This document shows positions 59,224 to 64,000 of a stretch of DNA of 64,000 nucleotides, in pieces. Position numbers and translations under genes: made by a program. How positions within the stretch are numbered: position 1 is the stretch's first letter; each line of letters starts with the position of its first letter. The notes under the pieces are model-generated. The model made no database searches. It saw only the letters and a list, made by a program, of their open reading frames with translations, and was not told the DNA's origin. This stretch comes from Bugula neritina. Taxonomy: Eukaryota; Animalia; Bryozoa. Location of the stretch: NCBI GenBank assembly GCA_964035545.1, contig OZ037767.1, positions 24,816,628-24,880,627 on the forward strand, given 5' to 3'.

Positions 59224-62200
59224 ATGTCAGAGCCAGTGTAAGTGTTTTTATACATATTTTAACATTGTTTTAGTTTAATTTAAAATACTTTATTATAATC
59301 TGCAATGTTTAACATTCCTTGCTTTCATAATATTTGTTTGCAATTCATAGTAGTGTGTATTCAGTAACATATGTGTAGCTTGATTATTCTATACATAGTG
59401 AATGTAGGTGCAATAACGTAGATTTTGTACTTTTGCTACTAGCTAATAATTTTGACAAATGCCCTAACAGAAATTGCTAACATGTGGTCTGATTAAAAAA
59501 TCATGTAAGTTCTTTATTGGAAAAAGCATATTAAAGCTTTACATTATAAAATAAAATTAAAATTTTTTGGAGTGTGTGTGTATAGATGTGTACGTGTTTA
59601 TACAATTTGAAAATATATAATATGTTCATTTTGTAGAGCTGATATTGCCCTTATTGGGCTTGCAGTCATGGGACAAAATCTCATACTGAATATGAATGAC
59701 AATGGTTTTGTGGTAAGTTAACATTTTGTTGTTTCAGTGATAGAAATGGTATGCTGCAATGAGATAATGCATATATTTGTGTTTGATCTTCCCGACCTTG
59801 TTCACGAATTTCAAATTTATTTGAACAGCTGTCACTCTGGAAATTATTTATCCAGTTGTTGCTACACATAGTATTGCTGCCTAAATGTTTAATGGTGTTT
59901 ATTTGACTTAATGAAGATAATTTTATAATCGTAATGATAAGGCCTCAGTACCTAGTGTTCTAAACTAGTGCATATCTATTAATTAAACCATTTAGGAATG
60001 TCAGTGAATTTCTAAGCTATTCTTCACAGGTATGTGCTTTCAACAGAACTGTAGAGAAGGTAGATCATTTCCTGGAGAATGAAGCTAAAGGCACAAAGGT
60101 GGTGGGTGCTAAGAGTTTAGAAGACATGGTCTCTAAACTCAAGTCTCCCAGAAGAGTTATGATTCTTGTGAAAGCCGGATCTGCAGTAGATGCTTTCATT
60201 GATAAACTAGTGAGTAGCTACAGTGTGTAGTTCAATGTAGAGTAGTGAGTAGTCACAGTGTGTAGTGTAGAGTAGTTGGTAGTTACAGGGTGTAGTTCAA
60301 TGTAGAGTAGTTGATAGTCACAGTGTGTAGAGTAGTCAGTAGTTAGAGTATGCAGAGTAGAATTGTTCTTACAAATGATACAAAATATAATCAACTTGTG
60401 AAGGTAACTTGGCTCTAACAACAAAGTAATAGTGTATGAGCTAAACTAAAGTATTAAAGAGAGTATTAAGCCTAGGGCCACACTGTGCGTATTTTCGCAT
60501 GCGAAAATTAAAATCACGTGTAGCAAAGGCGTCCACTGTAGCGTCAGGGATGCGTGATAAATAAAGCTTTCATTTTTAAATCGCACTCGCTTTCAATAAA
60601 ACGCAATTTACTGGAATTTAGCACTAAAATAAAGAAATTGGGCTCGCTTAATAACTACCAGCCAATTAGGTGACGACGACAGAGACGATTCGCACTTGCG
60701 TTGAAAATGCAGAGCGACAAGTGCGAATGTTTTCTCAACGCGCACAGTGGACACCTTTGCTACTTGTGATTTTAATTTTCGCATGCGAAAATACGCACCG
60801 TGTGGCCCTAGGCTAATGGTCGGCCAAAACTTTTTTTTAGAAAGTAGTGATTGAATAGATATACTTTGCAGTGGTCGTTGACCCAGAAACTTTTGATGTC
60901 AGCTCTAAATAAAATTGATCACATGCATTAGCTCCACTGTAATAATACACCACAGTACATCAATCACTGCACAAACACATAAGTATAATTATAGACATTA
61001 TTGCTAGTTGAAGTAACCTGCAGCTAAGCCTAATATTCTGGAATCAATTTAGTTGTTTTGCAGCCAGTGACTGTCAAATTACTTAACACTGAATGACAAG
61101 CAAGTTTGCCTCTGTAGAATCAGCCGGTTGACTCATGTCCTCTAACTAACATAATTTAAATTAGCTTTTGCAACTGCCAATTGCAGTTGTGAAATGAATA
61201 ATGGGGATGTTTTTATAACAAGCTGAGTTATCCTGAAAGAATATATGAGTTGAAGGGATATTTGTTCTCTATTAAATTAAAACACCGCAGGCTTTCCATT
61301 TGATTATTATAATACATTCAGCATGTTCCTTGCTACTTCCTTTATGTATTGCCATAGTTCCTACTTAACTTCCTCTTTATGTAAATTGGTTCTCTGTTGC
61401 ACTTCCCTGTACTAAAGAATTACACTACTCTAAGGCTAGTATTTTGAAACATCAACTTGCCTGTTACCCTTCCTTATGTGGCAAGGCTATTGCGTAGTGA
61501 TTTCTTAATTAACGTTACTGTGTGTTTGTAGCATAGCTGCTTAATATAATATAATATGATACAAAACAGTAAATAATAATACATCTACACTATTATCTGT
61601 ACGGAAAGAATTTCAGGGTGCCTTCTGCTGCACAGTATGCAGATAAAGTCTGCTTCTCTCTTCAAACAGTAATGATCTGAAAACTTGAAATTCATAAGAT
61701 ATTTGCTTCACTAACTTGTATACTCAAGTTTTATTATCTTGCAGTTCCTGCTTTTGGAGTTATTCTCTTCAGTTTGTAGTATTTCCAAACAGTGACAACT
61801 TGGAAATTCTAAGTTTGTAATTTACCACTTACTAATAAACAGTTTTATACTCAATTTTATCAAACCACAATACAGGTTTTTGAAGTTATCTTCTCTATAT
61901 GGTAGGATTGTTGATGCGGCTAATTTGCATTGTGTTCTTTGCGACAGGTGCCCCTGCTCAGTAAAGGTGACATCATCATTGACGGAGGTAACTCCGAGTA
62001 CCAGGATACCAACAGAAGGTGCAAGTCTCTGGCTAGCCACGGTTTGTTGTTTGTGGGAAGTGGAGTCAGTGGTGGGGAGGAAGGTGCTCGCTACGGCCCC
62101 TCTCTCATGCCCGGTGGTCACAAGGATGCTTGGTTAGCATTATTCTAGTTATATTAGTAGAGTAAAATCATAACTCTGGCTTGTCTTTTGAGTAAATTAA

Positions 62201-63293
62201 GTTTGAGTTTTGCCTCATTTTAAATTAACTACAATAACAGAGAATTTCAAATCACTCAAAATTATTTAAAGTTTGATATAATCACTAGATTATGCACACT
62301 TAGACTGCGCACCTGTAACTGTATCATGATGTATTGACTAATAGAAATGCTGAGTTCACAGTTTGGGTAGGATTCTCTATGAAATCCGCAAGCACTCGGC
62401 TAAACGTCTGTGATCTCTTATTCGGTTTCTGTTGAAGGAACTTTTATGCTGTTGACAGTCTCTGTTCATCCTATTAGCACAATAACTAAATGCATCTTCT
62501 TTAGGCCTCATATCAAGCCAATCTTCCAGGCGATTGCAGCAAAGGTTGGAGATGAGCCTTGCTGTGATTGGGTAAGTTAAAATGTCTCATCAGTTATACT
62601 TATCATTTATTCAGACCTGGTAAATTGCTGTATAAATTTGAGTGCAGCCTCTGCCAATATAGATAATTTGCTATACAAGAATTTGTTGGGATTTATCCGC
62701 AAATGATTTGTAAGAATATGATCAAAAAATATGTTTTTTACTGAAGTTCATCTCAAAATTTAATGTGGTTGTCTTCTTTTTAGAAGTTCAACACAACTGA
62801 AAAATGAATGATTAATAAAATAAATTAATGTTTTTAATTATTCTTCATAAACATATAAATTTTATTTAACATTTGTTGAAAACTTACATACAATCACTTC
62901 AAGTTTGTAAAATACACTTTGTTATAAGAAGAAATTATTTTGTGCATGGTTGCTTATAACTCATAACTGCACAACATTAGTTTTGAACTTTTTCACCATC
63001 TCAGATTGATAATGCAAGCTCTTTAAAGCACTATTGGGCCATCATTATTGTGGCCATATTACATGCCGAGTTTATTATTACGAGTAAGCAACTCCTAGTG
63101 CTATCACCTATCCTAGTCTGAGAGACTTCATTCAGTACATTGTATACTACACCTACAGGTGGGTGATGAAGGAGCCGGTCATTTTGTGAAGATGGTTCAC
63201 AACGGCATCGAGTATGGTGACATGCAGCTGTGCTGTGAGGCTTACCACCTCATGAAGGATTCACTGGGCATGAGTCATGAAGAGATGAGCGCT
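59224..63293 (+). CDS. PGD: 6-phosphogluconate dehydrogenase, decarboxylating (5' part; continues beyond the window)
   Basis: Exons: 59224-59237, 59637-59712 ([21 protein letters not shown]), 60030-60209 (VCAFNRT..LLVKAG-like ILVKAG), 61948-62132 ([29 protein letters not shown]), 62505-62571, 63159-63293 ([20 protein letters not shown]). Confidence 0.97.
60470..60813. mobile_element. MITE, PIF/Harbinger (Tourist)-like, 344 bp
   Basis: ~70-bp TIRs GCCTAGGGCCACAC...GTGTGGCCCTAGGC with 4 mismatches; TAA on both sides (60467-60469, 60814-60816); no coding capacity. Confidence 0.88.
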
Positions 63294-63299
63294 GTGAGT

Positions 63300-63650
63300 G
63301 TCACTGCTACTCTTACTGAGTACTTCTACTACCTGCTACTATTACTATAAACTACAAGTACTTCTAGTAGTATTATAGACTACTAGTACTGTTCATATTA
63401 CTATTGACTACTAGTTCTACTAATATTATAAACTACTAGTACTACTAATATTACTATAAACTACTAGTTTTACTAATATCATAGTTTGCTACTAGTTCTA
63501 CTAGTATTAGTAATATCACTACTAGTATAGCTAATCGCTACTAATATCACCATTGGCTATTAGTACTACTACTCATTGCTAGTACCACTGATTACTACGT
63601 GTATCTATTTATTTAATACTAGTACTACTACCTACCGGTGTACTAATCAC
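63300..63650. repeat. degenerate (ACT)n simple sequence in a PGD intron
   Basis: Recurrent ACTACTAGT / ACTAATAT units. Confidence 0.8.
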
Positions 63651-64000
63651 TAATTTCTCATGTATCAGTCTCAGCTAGATTAGAGTCAGTCTGATCTCCT
63701 TTGCAAACTGACTGCATTCAAAGTGAGATCAATACATAGGACATCGGTGACTACTTATTTTAGTCGCACAATACTATAGCATCATATTTAAGAGTTTTCT
63801 TTCCTTTCTATGCGTGCTTTAGTAAATTTTTAATTGAAAGTTCATATCAATGGCAATGATGCCTTAGAATACAAAATGAATATACAGCACTGAGTTATAA
63901 TCAACATTATATTATTTAATTTGTCAAATTTAAGAGATGGTTCTCATTTCAACTGCTTGAATAATATGTATACGTTGGGTTTTACAAGTTCATTTGAGAA

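Noticed and set aside
61822-62137. Overlapping alternative-frame and antisense ORFs on a PGD exon (also 4172-4738, 20916-21143, 51216-51734)
   Set aside because: They are shadow ORFs of real coding sequence.

Overview
AT-rich invertebrate animal genomic DNA with intron-rich genes; every splice junction I reconstructed is GT-AG. Host genes, left to right: the 3' part of single-minded (sim, bHLH-PAS, +); an SLC6 glycine-transporter-like gene (+); TTLL12 (-); an ENPP4/5-like ectonucleotide phosphodiesterase (+); an orphan gene encoding a ~734-aa low-complexity protein (+); DNAJC8 (-); and the 5' part of PGD (+). The most striking structure is a three-level nest inside SLC6 intron 3. A 5'-truncated LINE with a 12-bp target-site duplication is split by a young 7.2-kb ISL2EU-type DNA transposon (15601-22766, AT TSD, 329-bp TIRs with one mismatch seen, plus a second 93-bp inner inverted repeat). 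The transposon carries two convergent spliced genes: an intact SAP-SWIM-YqaJ (lambda-exonuclease fold) nuclease and a THAP-HTH-DDE transposase frameshifted just before its catalytic Glu. Also present are a LINE with intact ORF2 in a sim intron, a 3'-UTR RNA fold shared by both LINEs, several tRNA-derived SINEs, a PIF/Harbinger-type MITE, a 24-bp minisatellite with 144-bp higher-order periodicity, and simple-sequence tracts flanking both divergent promoters. Family assignments come from motif recognition by eye; no database search was run.
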